From assembly GCA_030141605.1 (NCBI GenBank), contig JAQGDQ010000528.1, forward strand, positions 1-64,000: a stretch of DNA of 64,000 bases. The letters run 5' to 3'. Numbering within the stretch: position 1 is the first letter of the stretch; the number at the start of each line of letters is the position of its first letter. The stretch comes from Tubiluchus corallicola (Eukaryota > Animalia > Priapulida). Of this stretch, positions 30,258 through 44,540 are shown piece by piece. The notes under the pieces are model-generated. The model did no database searches and had not been told where the DNA came from. It was given only the letters and a program-made list of their open reading frames with translations. A program made the translations under genes and the position numbers.

Positions 30258-30732
30258 TTTATTTTTAAAAACTATGTACAGAATACATTCCCTCTATTTG
30301 TATGGAATGTACTAAAATTTGTCTAAAATTTAAAATTTGTTTAAAATATGTTCAAAAATTTCAGTATTTACAACGTATTAAACCTATTCACATATATATA
30401 TATATATAATTTAGAATCCAACGCATGAGACACATTGAACGACAATGATCATATACAATAGACATAGTTACAAATTATAATCCAACACTTCATACATATA
30501 TAATAAAAGATAACGAACAACGAACATATAAAAATACGTAGTAACAATAATTTACACACATTATGCACAATGAAAAACAGCGAGTATAATAAACATAATT
30601 ACCAATTCTAATGTAAATTCACATAATCATAAATAAAAACAAAGCAGCATATAGAAAACACGACGAGAGTTGTAAAATTTCATCACCAACAGACAGTTTA
30701 TATACGGACGAAAGACGATAAGAATTCATCCG
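30225..30732 (-). mobile_element. 5'-truncated non-LTR retroposon 3' end with (TAA)n tail
   Basis: 12-bp TSD AGTCAAGGTACA at 30213-30224 and 30733-30744; (TTA)n tract at the left end. Confidence 0.8.
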
Positions 30733-31491
30733 AGTCAAGGTACAAATGATTTTTTTATTTGATTTTGATAATATAAAAAAATTGTTCCTCTAAGTGAGCA
30801 AACAAACATAACATTTCTTTGCACAGAAGCCTTCGAACTACATCAACATACAACCAAACCGCAAGAAAAAATCGTCAAGACATCAACCAGTAGCTTAATA
30901 GTGAAGTTCCAACTTGGGCATTGTAATTAATTGAAAAAGGAAAGGGAAATAATGATTTATCTTCTCAACAATGTAAGTGAATTTAGCGGTGCCTGTTCAT
31001 GCTGTCAGGTTATTCATAGGTAAAAAAATTTACTATCAGTTTTTACTACAGAACAGGTTTACAGCAATGTGTGAGCACCTGCGAAATTGAGAATTTGGCT
31101 ATTGAAAGGTCAATGGAGTGAAAATCTACCCTTGACAACACAATGTACTGAGTAGAAAAGTACAGGCACATAAAAGACAGAATATTTTTCGATTTCTAAT
31201 AGACAGAACGGCATTAAATAAGAAATTCTTTGAAGAATTACAACGTTAACATTAGATAAAGAATGCGAATAATAAGAAGCAGTTGTCTTTTGAAAATAGT
31301 ATTGTCAAATTACTATAATGTGCAAATAATAATAAAAAAAGAAAAAAACCTCGCTTGTTTTGCAAAATAAATTTTGGTCGCTTAGAAAATAAATAAATAT
31401 TTGGAAAGTAGTCAGGTTTCACACAATTCTTGTAGAAGTAGTGAGTAAAACAACAATTTTCTTGTTAAAGAATACAGGACAATTTCATGTA

Positions 31492-31603
31492 AGCACAACT
31501 CATGCACCACATCAAGTATGCACAACTCGTGCACCACATCAAGTATGCACAACTCATGCACCACATCAAGTATGCACAACTCGTGCACCACATCAAGTAT
31601 GCA
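31492..31603. repeat. 27-bp unit x4
   Basis: gcacaactcRtgcaccacatcaagtat with alternating A/G. Confidence 0.92.
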
Positions 31604-33988
31604 ATGTATAAAAGATGTTATTTATTTGCTTATTTCACACACCAATTATTTTTACAATTTTTGTGTGCAATTTGGCAAAAAATATTAAAAAAGAAGTTCG
31701 AAACTTGGGCAATATCTCATACAAAAATTTCCGTGAAATAGAACACTTTATTATGACTGTACACAATGGAGAGAGTATATAGAGTTATGTCTATTGTATT
31801 TCTATGTTTTATATTTCTATGTTCTAACTGAGGATACAAATGTATAAAAAACGCATAAAATTACTTATTCTCAACTGGAAAAATACAATTAAAGACCAGC
31901 CAGCCAATCACACGGTTCTGCTGGTTCAACCTGATGAGAAATGGTCCTTGTCTTCACATATGATTCACAAAAACTTGTTATTTACCAGACGGGTGGTTCA
32001 GCCAGTCGTATTTATAGATCTATGACAGCAACACCATAGATCTAACACTTGGCCAGGACAGGGTATTTAAAGCACCACAGCTCTAACACTTGGCCAGCGT
32101 GGATATTTATAACATGCCAGAGTTCCGAGAGACCATTTTACGAAGTCTGTTTCATGTAGAATAAAAAAACATCACGGACACGTGAAGCAACTTCTGAAAA
32201 CGAGCCGGGGGGTCGGGTGGGAGTTAGCTATTTTAACTATCAAGCCAGGGAGTAGGGGTTCACTGTTTCATCCGACAGAAGAAGAAACCATCTCAGGAGT
32301 ATCAATTTCTAAAAAGACGTCGAAAACTGGGACAGTTGTATGTGAGCTAAACACGGTATGTGTAATTGTATATAATTATAGTTAACTGTATCCATTACCA
32401 CAACAACACTCAAGTAGGCAGATTTCAAGTACCTTACATACCATAGCGTTTTATAGTTCTACATATTACAATCAACACTTTAGTCACTATTTCTAGGACT
32501 CAATACTGAACACCAAAACTAATATAAATTCCTTACATAAGTTAAACTTCCAATGAGCAGAGTCATGCAATTATGGTTTCTCTTTGACGCATTATACGTG
32601 GCAATTTGCAACCAATTGAAGCAAGGCACAATACTGAATAATTTAAAAAGCTTCCAATCAGAAAACTTGGACTGCCAGCACAGCAGCTGTTAAAGTATTT
32701 CTCTCCCAGCCTTTGTCATTCGATATTCACACTCAACTGAACTGAAAGTTAAAAACCTCTTTGAAAACGTTTGCTGTTAATATAGCGAAGGCTATTAAAA
32801 TGGCTGTTGTGGAAACGATGCGGATTGAGGATGAACTTACGAGCAAAAATGTCCAAAAACACAGAATTTAAGACCGCAAAATTAGTAAAAAAAAATCAAA
32901 CACACGCACTAATCAATCAATGCAAGTAATTTACACAATTACAATACATTCTGCACAAATTTTATAAATTCTTAGCAAGACGAGAATAAAAAATATTCAA
33001 ATAGCTAAAATATGGAAAGAAAAAACGATTTAGAGGCAAAATCCAGTTCTCACTGTCAAGATACATAAGAAGAGTTTCTAAAGGTCAGATTCAAGGTAAA
33101 TGAAATGTAAGGCACATTTCAGTTTAATTTCTTGGGACTGCTAACACTTTTAGATCTAGACCGAGTGCCATCAGGTCAAACTCATTCACCAGGCAACAGC
33201 ATCACACAGCAATAATTTTATATAAAGCAAAACATAAAGTAATAAATGAGAGAAAAATCCAGGTGGACATTCAAGTTTCTCCCAACAGACTACGGATCCA
33301 TTACAAAACGATAGATTAAACAAACCTCGCACGGAACAAATACGCAACTAACAGCAAAAACGTTTAGTTAATTACAAAATAAAAAGAAAAAAACAGCCAG
33401 CATTAATTTAAGTAAAGTGGATGCTTGCTGTAAACTTGATTTTAACACTTCAAATTCTCCAACACCAAATCACATTCACAAAACAAACAAAAAATTTGAT
33501 ACGGCAGAAACAAAATAAATTCAAAGTACGAACAATGAAACAGCCAGATATTACACAAATAAAAATAAATAAATGGGTCTTTGTCAGCATCTATAGACAC
33601 TTTTATGACATTTTTACTTTAAGAACATATTACACGAATAATACAATTGTACTTTCAGACCTATAGGGCTTGTGTTCTTTTCTGGCAATGAAATTTGACA
33701 CAACAAAAGACCGTTGACAAAATGCAGCACGCAGCAAGAAAGGTGGGTCGGTGGGAGGGAACAGCTGTTTCACAATGTTAACAAAAGGAACCTCTTTGTT
33801 CACCGAGAAATTCGGCTGTGCTTATCAAGTTTCTCCTAATAAGCAATTCATACAAAAACAGGATTGGCTGACGTTAGTAGTAATAGACTAGCAATTTACG
33901 TGGCGTCGATAACATCATATCATTGCATCTTATGAGTCCGTTTCAGAAATTATAAATGTAACTGGCAGGATTTCAAAATACTTTAGTG

Positions 33989-34479
33989 CAGGGCTGCGGA
34001 ATCGGAGTCAGAATCGTGGAGTTGGGAGTGGGAGTTGTTAAAACTTAGGGTCTTTGAGTTGGAGTCGGAACACGGAAGTGCACTTATTGTTAGAGGAATC
34101 GGTGTTAGAGTCGGTAAAAATAGAAAAACTCAAACACCAGTTACTTTTAACTTTTAATGCATTTATGCATAAAGTTCCATATTGGTGTCCCATATTATCC
34201 CATACTGGTATCTATGCAACTAGACTGTTTCTCGAACATAAGAAGTAGTGACGAAATGCCACTGTAGCTAAATATTGAGAGTACTACAAACTATTATATA
34301 AAGGCAGGAGTCGAAGTTGGACTCGGGAATTGTGATTTCTAAAATTTTAGGAGTCTCAGTCAGAGTCAGAGTTGGATTTAAAATTTTAGGAGCAGTAGTC
34401 AGAGTCTGAGTTGGATCTTCTAAAATTCTAGGAGTCGGAGCCAGAGGGAGGAGTTTAGTATATCGACTCCAAAGCCTGG
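33989..34479. mobile_element. Non-autonomous hAT-superfamily MITE (~490 bp)
   Basis: Imperfect TIRs CAGGGCTGCGGAATCG ... CGACTCCAAAGCCTGG, GGAGTC subterminal repeats at both ends, perfect 8-bp TSD CTTTAGTG (33981-33988 and 34480-34487). Confidence 0.9.
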
Positions 34480-34735
34480 CTTTAGTGCCAGATAGAACAA
34501 AGAAACAAAAATGTTGGCCCTCTGCTGAACAGATTCAGTATTTTAGCAGTCTGAGGAACAAAAGTAGTTTAATATGGTATCTTTCAGACAAACCACACAA
34601 GACATACACTTGGAGGTACAAGTCACACACCTTGAAAACCAATTTGGCCAGCCACAGCTTATGCTGTAAACGCCTATAAAATATGCCACAGCTTTTTTGA
34701 TCTTGAATTGAGCAGAACAAATTAAGTAGCCCTTC

Positions 34736-34815
34736 GGTACAGCAGCACTATTATCACATTACACTAAATCACGATGGTACAGCAGCACTATTATCACATT
34801 ACACTAAATCACGAT
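34736..34815. repeat. 40-bp perfect tandem duplication
   Basis: ggtacagcagcactattatcacattacactaaatcacgat x2. Confidence 0.9.
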
Positions 34816-35677
34816 GCGACATTAGTTGGTATCAATGAGAAGTCAAAAGTAAAAGATAAATGACAAACTTCAAAGTGTAAAGCCAGCAATTAGGACTACC
34901 ATTAGGAACACATGTACCTACTACACAATCACGAATACAATTAGCGACATTGCTGAAGTCCTAATTCACGAAGCCAATAGTTATATAACATTATTTCAAG
35001 TAGATGTTGCGGCTACTATGGCGTAGCAGATGGAAAAATGACATTTGCCATAGACCAAAGGCCAGAAAAGCTGGGTTTACTAAACCCAGGGGCGGTGTGG
35101 TGTCCCAGAAAAGCATAGCAGACTTTGCTTGGATTATTTTATGGCAGAAAAGTGGTGACAGACAAGAGCAGATGTGGAAAATCTGGTAGTGCTGAAACGG
35201 AATGTTCCCTGCATGTAAAAAATGCAGCAGCAGCTGAAAATATTAGCTAAGCCAACTCAAGATTATAAACTCAAGTCCATAACTTGACAAACTGGGTAAA
35301 AATAATGATAGTAGTTGATCTAGTCTACGGTACTACAGTCATGTTAATCTCACCTTCTCACAGTCATTAAAAATCTATTGAAATTGAAACTAGTTTTGTA
35401 TGTAGCAAATTGGCACAGCTCATGGGTACATCATTAAATGTCAAAATGCAGCTTTCTCAACTAAAAACCAAAAACTATTTCATAAATCTTTGCCTTGCAG
35501 ATGGCTGCTGTTCTGTCTGGTAACTTCAACTTCTTACGAGTAATGAAAGAAAGTGCATTATTAATAAAGAAGACGGGATTTTATAACTTTGTTTTACAAA
35601 AATTATTCGCGATGTACGTGATTGCTATAAAATTTGTAAAATGCTAAAAACTAAAAACAACCTTAAGTTGTATTTAC

Positions 35678-35702
35678 CTGGCATTCGGAATGCGTTATCC
35701 AC
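35678..35702 (-). other. Candidate 25-nt micro-exon of the large minus-strand gene
   Basis: Strong acceptor cttttctgcag| and donor CAG|gtaaat flanking GTGGATAACGCATTCCGAATGCCAG. Confidence 0.4.
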
Positions 35703-37739
35703 CTGCAGAAAAGCTGCGTATTAAAAATCAATAGGAAATAGATGGAGGAGAATATAATGCATAACGTAGGTCTAGCAAACGGGTGTATTGAAAACAATTA
35801 TATTATTTTATCTATTCCACAATCGCATAATGCAGTTGATCTGGTTCTTGATGTCTCGTAAACAGCACATTAAATGGACATTGTTAAGTTATAGATGACT
35901 AGAAGCTATCAAGATACATGATTGCAATGCCAGTTCTCTTTCAAAGAAGTCATCTACAATGTTGCACTTGTACAAATATTTGCAGAAAACCTCCCTTAAC
36001 ATTCACAACATAAATACAGTTACTTGTGAGCAAATGGTGGCTTCAGAATTTTAATTAGCCTGACTCTAAAAAACGTACGACATGAAATTTGAAACAGGCC
36101 AATTTCTTATTCGCGTACTTAACCTAAGATCACCCAATTGAAAAACACGAGTTTTGGAAACACCCATCCTAAACGTAGACTAGTCTTCAGCACTAGGTGG
36201 ACCATGGCTTCCTGGACATAGCAGTGCATGGCTTCCTGGACATCGCAGTGCATGGCTTCCTGTACATGCAACATATCTGACACACCATCTATGACTCAAT
36301 ATTTGCTGTCAGACACATTCACGATAATTATCGACAAAACACGGCGACGGAACTCTGCCAATCAACCAATGCAAACAAAAGCTTAAATTTAACACACAAA
36401 GTGATAATTAAAAGAGGCAATCAAAAGCAGACAAGAGAGTAAGACTTATAGACCCTCTGCTAGATTTAAATGTCAGATTCAAGAAAAAGACCCATGCAGC
36501 ATGACTGGCATCAAGCCAAAAATGATTTTGTTTACTAGGAAGAAAACGAACTTTTTATTTTAAAATTTTATGTAACCTTCAAAGATTTTTTTTGTAAGAA
36601 AGCATGATGTTGCTTTAGAGAAATATACTGTCAAGCTACTGGATAAACACGCCTAGTGAATTAACAAAACCACTAAACTAAATGAATTCAGCAACATCAG
36701 AACTTTAGGGTTTCATTCCGCTTGATCTCCAAACCACTTTGCAAGCTGCAATTGTAAACTTTTCACGGCTAACGACTCCCGTTCTGATCAATATGGAAAT
36801 TCCACAAAGTTCTCAGAATATTGGAATTATAATTGTTTGAAACTGTGACTAATTAACGACCATACTAAAAGATGTCCAACGAAACAGACATTTTGTCAGA
36901 AGCAACAGTTACGCAACTTATACAGCCAGCAAACCAAAAAAGGATGGAATTAAATAGACCAACACTCTTGCAAATATAGCAGATGACGACAACAAATTCT
37001 GTGAGAAACTAGAAACTTTAATCAATAATATTGCTGCAAAATGCACTAAGAATAAAATCACGGATGTTGTACATTGCTTGCCCCATACAGTCAACTCAAG
37101 ATCTTCTTCACTTTTTATAAAAAAAAACAATAATTAACAAATCGTGAACTTAATATAGTTTTAATCGCGCCCTGGGGTCTTTATGCTAAAATCCAATAAT
37201 ATGGCTATCTTAGATGTCTGGTCAATCCCAACAAATATGGAATGTTGGGCACCAATTCAACTGAGCGATCGTGTGATCTTTCATCACATCTGCTCGTATT
37301 TGTCTGTATAATATGCCCTAACATGTACTATCTTATTACAAGTCGTGTATTACACTTCATACACCTATGCAGTGTTGCCTGCGATGCAGCGTGGCCCATG
37401 AAGAGCAAAATCTGGAAAGCCGCAAGTCATTAATAGCTAAAATGGCCTAATACTATGGTTAGTACCCATTGTTAAGTATCGAATTTGAAGAAATAACCTA
37501 CTTAGTATTAGGGGCAAATATGTCAGTATACTGGCCCATAACACGAATGTGCAGCAACTGTACAGCCTGCACTTAAGATCTTACTCCAAATAAAATTCAA
37601 ACGTTAGTTATCAAAACCTGTGGTTGCCCACAGCCAAAACTAGGCCTCACAGTAGACACATATGCAGGTGCACCACAGTCCGTTATAACTTATAAGTGTA
37701 CCGCAGGTACGCAAGATTGCAAAAAAATTGTACCGCATT

Positions 37740-38015
37740 AACGCTAGAACTTACGTGTTAACAAAAAATGACGTCAGCACAATAAGCATGCACTAAAAAC
37801 TGCGTCGATTAAAACTTTGATTATACAAAAAGTAAGCTAATAATACAAATACCGGTATAATTTTCAGTCCACTCCACACTGCTTTAGAAAAAGGGCACGC
37901 CTTGAAGACCACAGCACATGAATGGCCGCGCACACGCCATGACGTCACGCAAACTCCTACCAGGCGCAATCAATGGCTCCAAACGCAAAACAGGTAATAT
38001 TACCAAGATTGGCCA
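37740..38015 (-). promoter_or_regulatory. CpG-enriched promoter-like island with candidate first exon
   Basis: Two TGACGTCA (CRE) sites at 37769 and 37940, AATGGC (YY1-like) motifs, ATTGG/CCAAT at ~38008, raised CpG. Minus-strand donor AC|gtaagt at 37754. Confidence 0.5.
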
Positions 38016-38899
38016 CAGTTGTAATGATGAAAACGAGTTATTGCAATTTTTTCAGTATTTAGAAGGTGCCAATTGCCACGGGAGTTACTGTCAATCTGCA
38101 CCACTTATCTCGAAATGATCTTATTTTTTCTCATAAAAAATTTACTTTCCTTGGTCACGCACATGCCATTTATAAATATCAGCCTAGAGAAGATTTGTTA
38201 GGCCTAGCCAACTTTAGCTAAATTACAGTATTATCACTTAGTAATTACACATTTGTCTCATACTTTAAATTAAAATTCAATTTTAGGTACTGTAGATCTG
38301 TTGTACGTAAACTCAAATCTGCATTATAACAAATTTTTAGGTTTTTTTTACTATTTTGCTGTACTTTCATATACCAGAAAGCGAAGTTTCACATCTAGTT
38401 GGAATTACTCAATGATTGTAATCACCTGGTTGAATTATATGAAATTAAGGCTGCAAGTTTTATAGTTATATAATATAATTATAATACGAACCTCGAAAGT
38501 TGCACAAACTGAACCCATGTTTTTGCTGCCATCTGCTGCGCGACAACAGAGTTAAAATAATGATTTCACAGATGGACAGAATATCATCTTTATTACCATT
38601 ACACAGAATAACAATAGATACATGTCAAGTGTATGCCGAGACAGTTACCATGCCAGTAATTTATCACAGATAAAAAAACTGATTTTGGTAATCCCGTTTA
38701 ACAAAAAACACGTAAAAATACTAATCTAAAGCTAGCAGAATAAACCAAAAACAAAAGTTAGTCACACAATTAAGACTATCCATATTAATTAATAAAGGAT
38801 TAATTATTTAAGCACACAAAGAATATTTCAACCACATAAAGAATATTTTAAGCACACAAAGATATTTTACTCTGCTTTTCATATTTAAATACATTAACA

Positions 38900-39424
38900 A
38901 CATCAGCAAACCATTCCAGAATAACAGATTTACCTTTTTTCCAAATCCTATCGTTAATTCCAGAACAAGCAATCTAAAACAAATTAGGACAAATACCCAC
39001 TATGGAACGAACTCTGTAATCAAACAAGCAATTCTACTTTGGAATTCTCTACCATTACAGGTTAAACAAATCGAGTCCCTATCAGCATTTAAAATAAAAT
39101 TAAAATCACTAACATTAACCAGATATGAAATACCATCACACCAGTACGACAACATACACACTAATTCAGAATTCATATATCCACGGCCATATTAATTAAA
39201 TCACAGGTTTTTTTTCATTTTTTGTGCATAGTTGTAAATATGTTTGATTTTATTCATCGTTACTTTCCATTACTGCACAGTAGTTTAGATTGCACTGACG
39301 CATTTGCCTTTAGCAGTGTAAGTTTTTATTAAATAACACTGAACTGATTGATCATCTTTGTAAAGTTTTTAGTGATCAGTGATCAGTCATCAGTGATTAT
39401 CAATGTATTTTAATTCAAATAAAG

Positions 39425-39472
<48 letters not shown>

Positions 39473-39486
39473 TAGATAGATAGATA
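38900..39486 (+). mobile_element. LINE (CR1/L2 group) ORF2 C-terminus, 3'UTR and microsatellite tail
   Basis: RTNTHYGTNSVIKQAILLWNSLPLQVKQIESLSAFKIKLKS (WNSLP...SLxxFKxxLK motif), AATAAA at ~39418 followed by (TA)n(GATA)n. Confidence 0.7.
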
Positions 39487-42400
39487 TCTCAACACACTGA
39501 TTAAACTGCTTCAGACCCACAATCATTTTATGCAAACATTATTCAACATAATACAATTAATACAATGCAATCAGATCAAAACAATGTTTCACCATACAGT
39601 TTAACAGAATGCTATAGGCCTACAATCAATACAGTCTCTACAATACAAATCAATCATCAATTCAATCATCGATCACAATCGACAATGCAATTTTGCAGTA
39701 ACACTTTCCAGAATATTTAGTTTACTTATTTATAGATTTAGCTAAATTTAGAGTGGTTTACTTTGAATTATATGATATTTTTATTAATTTTCTATTATTT
39801 GGTTACATTGCATACAGTTTGTTCAAATCTTGTTTTGAATGTGGGTACTTTGAATTAATTGCTGCTGTTGTGTCCGTATGTGTTTCCTGTTATTATTTGA
39901 ACGATATTAATCGTTCTGCTATTTTTGTTAGTTTAAATATTAAAGACAAATTTTATTTTTTGAATGCAACACTTGCATTATTTATAGAAGAACATCATAT
40001 TGTAACTCAAGCTGAAGAATGTCTTAATTGATTTGCTGGAAGGTTCAAGTTTTGATTCTCGTTGCTTTTTTTCAGAATGTGTCATCTCAATGGCGTATCA
40101 AAACATAACGTGCGCATTTATACAAAGTGCAAGACACACTTGTCTGTGATGTATTAGTAGCGCTATTATCTGCTAATTACGTGATATACATGTATTTGCA
40201 CAGTGCTTATATATAAGCAGGCTGTGAAATTGCTTGTGGTGTACTACTTTTTATAATAATAATTGCTCAGTACTTTGATGTATTTATGGAGCTTACATGA
40301 AAAGCAGACTGACACAATAACTTTTTGTGGTTTATTAAAAGATACGTGTTTTAATACGAATTTATGGACGAAGAATTTAGAGGCGAAGAACAACTTTTTA
40401 AAATCTGGCACCCCCTAGGCTACAGTTTGATTAAGCTAATTGGTAAATATGCCCGTAAATGCTCTAATTAAGTGGAAAACACAGTTTTATAACGCATCAA
40501 TTTTGTGTGTAAAATAGACCGAAACATAGTTGTAAAGTAAGCATGCACACGTATAATGTGATCGAACAAACAATTTATAGATTAATCATTTGTTCTTTCA
40601 TAGAAGTCTTTCTAAAAAGAATTTAGTAGAATAGAATACAATAGAATAGGGTAGAATATTTATTTATTAATCTCGTTCGCTTCAGAAATAAATAAGAACA
40701 AAATAATGATAATAACATACAAGGTGGGTGGTGAAAAGACCAACAGTCACCAAGTTAACCACCCCGGACCCTACATAAAAGGTAATAAATGAGCAACGAT
40801 TAGTCAAACGCAATTAAATTTAACGAAATTAGTACAGTATCTTTTATAATTAACAAATAAAATAATCAACCGAAACTTAATAAATTCGTTCAGTCAAATA
40901 AAGAAAAAAGGTAATTCTATAACAAAATAAAAAATCGACCTAATTTCAAAACAATCGTTCAAACGTAGCATAAAAAACAAAAACAAAAACAAAGCATAAA
41001 CAAATAAAACGTGTCAAACCATAAGGGCGACGCAAAAAATTCATCACAAAATTTGTTCCATAATCGAAAAACTGTGCCAAAGATCAATAAAGATTTTTGT
41101 GTAATTAAATGTATGTGCGGCGAATTAGTTTACACCAATAGAATTTACTTACATTATAAGTCAATAAGTAACTGTAACAAGTTAATTTACGTTGCAATTT
41201 CTTTCGTGAAGCTAAGTTGCCTAAGGAAACTTACAATGGCTGACATTTGCTGCTGCACATTACCTAACTATTTGCCCCATTTTTAAAGTTACGTGCATTG
41301 TCAACAACACTTCCAAAAAAATGTCGGTGGGCTTAGGTAGCTGTACCTCACCCCGATTTTCTGTATCCTTCCATATAATATGTTTGGTATGGCAGCTGAG
41401 CATTCACGTTTTCAAGGCTCAGAGAAGTTATAAGATATAATATATAAGAAGTATTTATTTCAATAAATTTATAGGTTGCCCTGCCCTTATCATTAAGAAA
41501 CGAAGTTACGAAAGAAATAACTGAAATAATCTCTCTTCCCGTCTTCATTTATAATTGAAGAAAGTTGAAGGTTACCTAGAAAGACAAGGCCTCTTTGGTA
41601 CCTCTCCTGTAGACAATGGGCGCGGATTTTATCCATAATGAACCCACCTGCTGTTTGCATAATCAGGCTTAATTTTTGTTCTCCTCCAGCAAGGTTACAG
41701 GTTAAATAGTCGACAAGTCATAGCGTCAAAGGGCACTTATACTAGGTGATACAAAAATCAATACGATATCTTGACAGTTATACATGCAAATTGAATTCAA
41801 AAATCAAATTTAAATGAAGGTGATCCAAAAATAATGATGTAATGCAATACATATTAGCCATTAATAAAACTATTTTTGTAGAAGTGCACGTGTGAGGGCA
41901 GTGCACGACTATAAGAGCCATTATATATTGTTCATTTACAGAACTTAGTTTTGGTGGCTTGGCTCTACATTCATCTTATTGTAGGTAAAACAGGTCGTCA
42001 GTAGTTCATTATTAAAAAATAATAATATTAAGATATTTTATAGGCCTGTTATAAAATACAAAGGCCTGTTAATCGATATGAATAATTACTGGAATAAGAT
42101 CGATAATAATGGTGGGCAAGTAGAATCATGTTTTGTGATCAGTAAACTCAATCACAAAGCCGTCACAAAAACTAAAGTACTGAAAAGGAAAAATTAATCT
42201 TCAATGAGTTACTGTTAGGAATTAATTTGTTCAGTTAGAAACAAGAAGATTCTGCTTAATTACAGGTATTGATGAGAACGAAATGCAGGTAATTGTTATT
42301 TGTATTATATCAAGTAGTTCTACATAAAGCCACGCTTGCAAAGTAATTGTGAATAGACAAACATGTGAGTCTAAGAAAACAAGAATTTAAAAGGAAAACA

Positions 42401-42802
42401 AAAAAGAAAGCTAAGCAATTATCTAAGAGAAGCTGAAAAACTCAACGAAAGTGCAGGAAAAATGTTCAGAAAATACACACCTCACCTCAGTTTACCACGC
42501 GTAAAGCGTTTGCTATGACAGCTGCATGTTTTACATTTCGCAAGCTTTGTAATGACGAATGCAAATTCCGGCAGAGAAGGAAATTGCAAGAGAATGTCCA
42601 AACATTGCATGCACGTGGGGTTAAGTTACCTCAGCAATTCAATATCTCATTTTATCCTTAATAACGAGTGGAAATTTCGGTCCTGCCGCAGTGCACAATT
42701 GTAGTAAGCCAGACCCCTGATGATGAGAGCTGCAAAGTGTACCAAGCAATTACCCGGTACTAAAACGAAATGAAATGACTAGTGGAAGAGATCTTAGTGC
42801 TT

Positions 42803-43818
42803 TTATACTGTTAATTTACTTTGATTCAAGGTAGAATAATTGACTAATTTCAGTAGCTCGAAGCAGTTTGTTTCAATTATTTTCACATACTCAGTTGAAA
42901 TTTCTGACTTCCATTTTAACGAAGTTTGTGTGGAATTTTTCCTCCAGTGCCCAAAACGCCGCTCATTCCTACCTGCAGTAGATTTATTGTTATTATAACC
43001 CGTGTTTTGGTAAATCCATCTGAGCACATTATCATGCAAAGGAATACCGAGAAATCTATATATTTTTTCAGCCATTTCCTTGGGTTTAGCTGCAAGGTCT
43101 TCATATCGGAGTAAGAAGTATTTGTCTGGGTGACGTTTTTCAACATCTTTACCATGAATTACGTCATCATGAATACTAGTGCATAAACGTTTCGAGTCTC
43201 TCGCCACATTTAAAGCACTTTGACTGTTGATTTGATATGAATACTTCGAACTGAGCATTCCCCGAGGATCTCGCACTAGATGCACTAGCTTGATGTCCAG
43301 TTCACGTTGTTCCCCTTCAAGCAGCTGTGCGGCTTCGGCTATGGTCATCCGTATAACTTTGGCCACGGAATACAGTCGCTTTTTACAAACACGGGGATAC
43401 AAAGTGGTCTTATTTTGTAAAAAATTGCCCAATGTCATGCTCTGACATAATTTTTGAGTTGTATTTGATCTTTGACCAGTGACACATGATAGAAATTTAT
43501 TAATTGCCGAAGATTGACGAATTAACGAACCATGTCCCTTCTTAGTGTAATCCGCGCTGGGATAGAACTCGTCTGAGATGCAGTTTAGAGAATTCTGTAT
43601 TACTCTTCTTTTTATTGTGATTTTTTCTTCTTCAGACCAAGTTTTGTTTGTCAGTACATGACGCTGATGAGTAATATTGATGTAGTCAAACAGTGCATGC
43701 AGTGGTTCATAGATGTAGAATACATCTGGGTGTTTGTCAAAAATTTCACCAGTGTAAGATGAACCAGTTCGATATCGTGCAACTATGACAACAGCTTTTC
43801 TTTTCTGCGGTGCTTCAC
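42803..43818 (-). CDS. Carbohydrate sulfotransferase (Gal/GalNAc/GlcNAc-6-O-sulfotransferase family), catalytic exon
   Basis: Acceptor tttatttctcag|, frame open to TAA. 5'-PSB motif VIVARYRTGSSYTGEIFDKHPDVFYIYEPL, 3'-PB motif LVHLVRDPRGMLSS, and LLRYEDLA..P, all characteristic of CHST enzymes. The ORF track captures only the last 211 aa. Confidence 0.93.
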
Positions 43819-44340
43819 CTGAGAAATAAAATAAACTGAAATAAATTATTTATAGAACTATAATAAATATATAGTCATGTTTAACGTAAACAATGCAAAG
43901 AGAATTAAGATGAGAAATACAGATCAAGTAACGATTTTCCTTTGCCAGCCAGAAGACAATATTAACACACATGAAAATATTATTTTGTTTTTGATAATGT
44001 GGCAAATATGAATATTATTTTTGCGGCCCGGACGATGAATTGAGTTTATCCAGTTGAAGTTCGCGCCACGATTGCAAAGATAGTGCGGGTAGTTTTTTCC
44101 ACTAGATCGGATGGCATTAACCCTTACAAAATGGTTGTCACTTAATGTCACTGTCGAACATGACGAAATTACACGTTGCTCACTTGGGACACAAAAAAGC
44201 GATGTAATCATAGAACACAGCACACTATCACGGAAGCCGCCATTGAAACGCTCGAACGTACAAGAAATGCGAAAAGCAATTTGATTGGCTGGTGGGAAGG
44301 CCAACCAGCCAATCTCTAGGCTTTTATTATCGAGGCTGTG

Positions 44341-44540
44341 GATCTGCCCCGTCGTCTTCTTGGTCACAAGAGGTGGATCATTTCGACTTGGTTATTTTTT
44401 ACAAAATAAATTATAAATAGATAAATTATAAAAAATATAAAATAAACAAGTCAAAATGATCTACCTACTATGACCAAGAAGACGACTGGGCAGATCAATT
44501 TGTAAGTAGCCAGCAAGCTGAAAAAGTGTGGTCACCCCTG
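44341..44540. mobile_element. Palindromic MITE fragment with hAT-like terminus
   Basis: ~55-bp inverted arms GATCTGCCCCGTCGTCTTCTTGGTCA...TGACCAAGAAGACGACTGGGCAGATC (44341-44496), then GTGGTCACCCCTG (CAGGGGT-type TIR). Confidence 0.6.

Noticed and set aside
43924-44367. 147-aa ORF upstream of the CHST catalytic exon
   Set aside because: Non-ATG start inside a MITE hairpin, no recognisable motif, no consistent splice sites.
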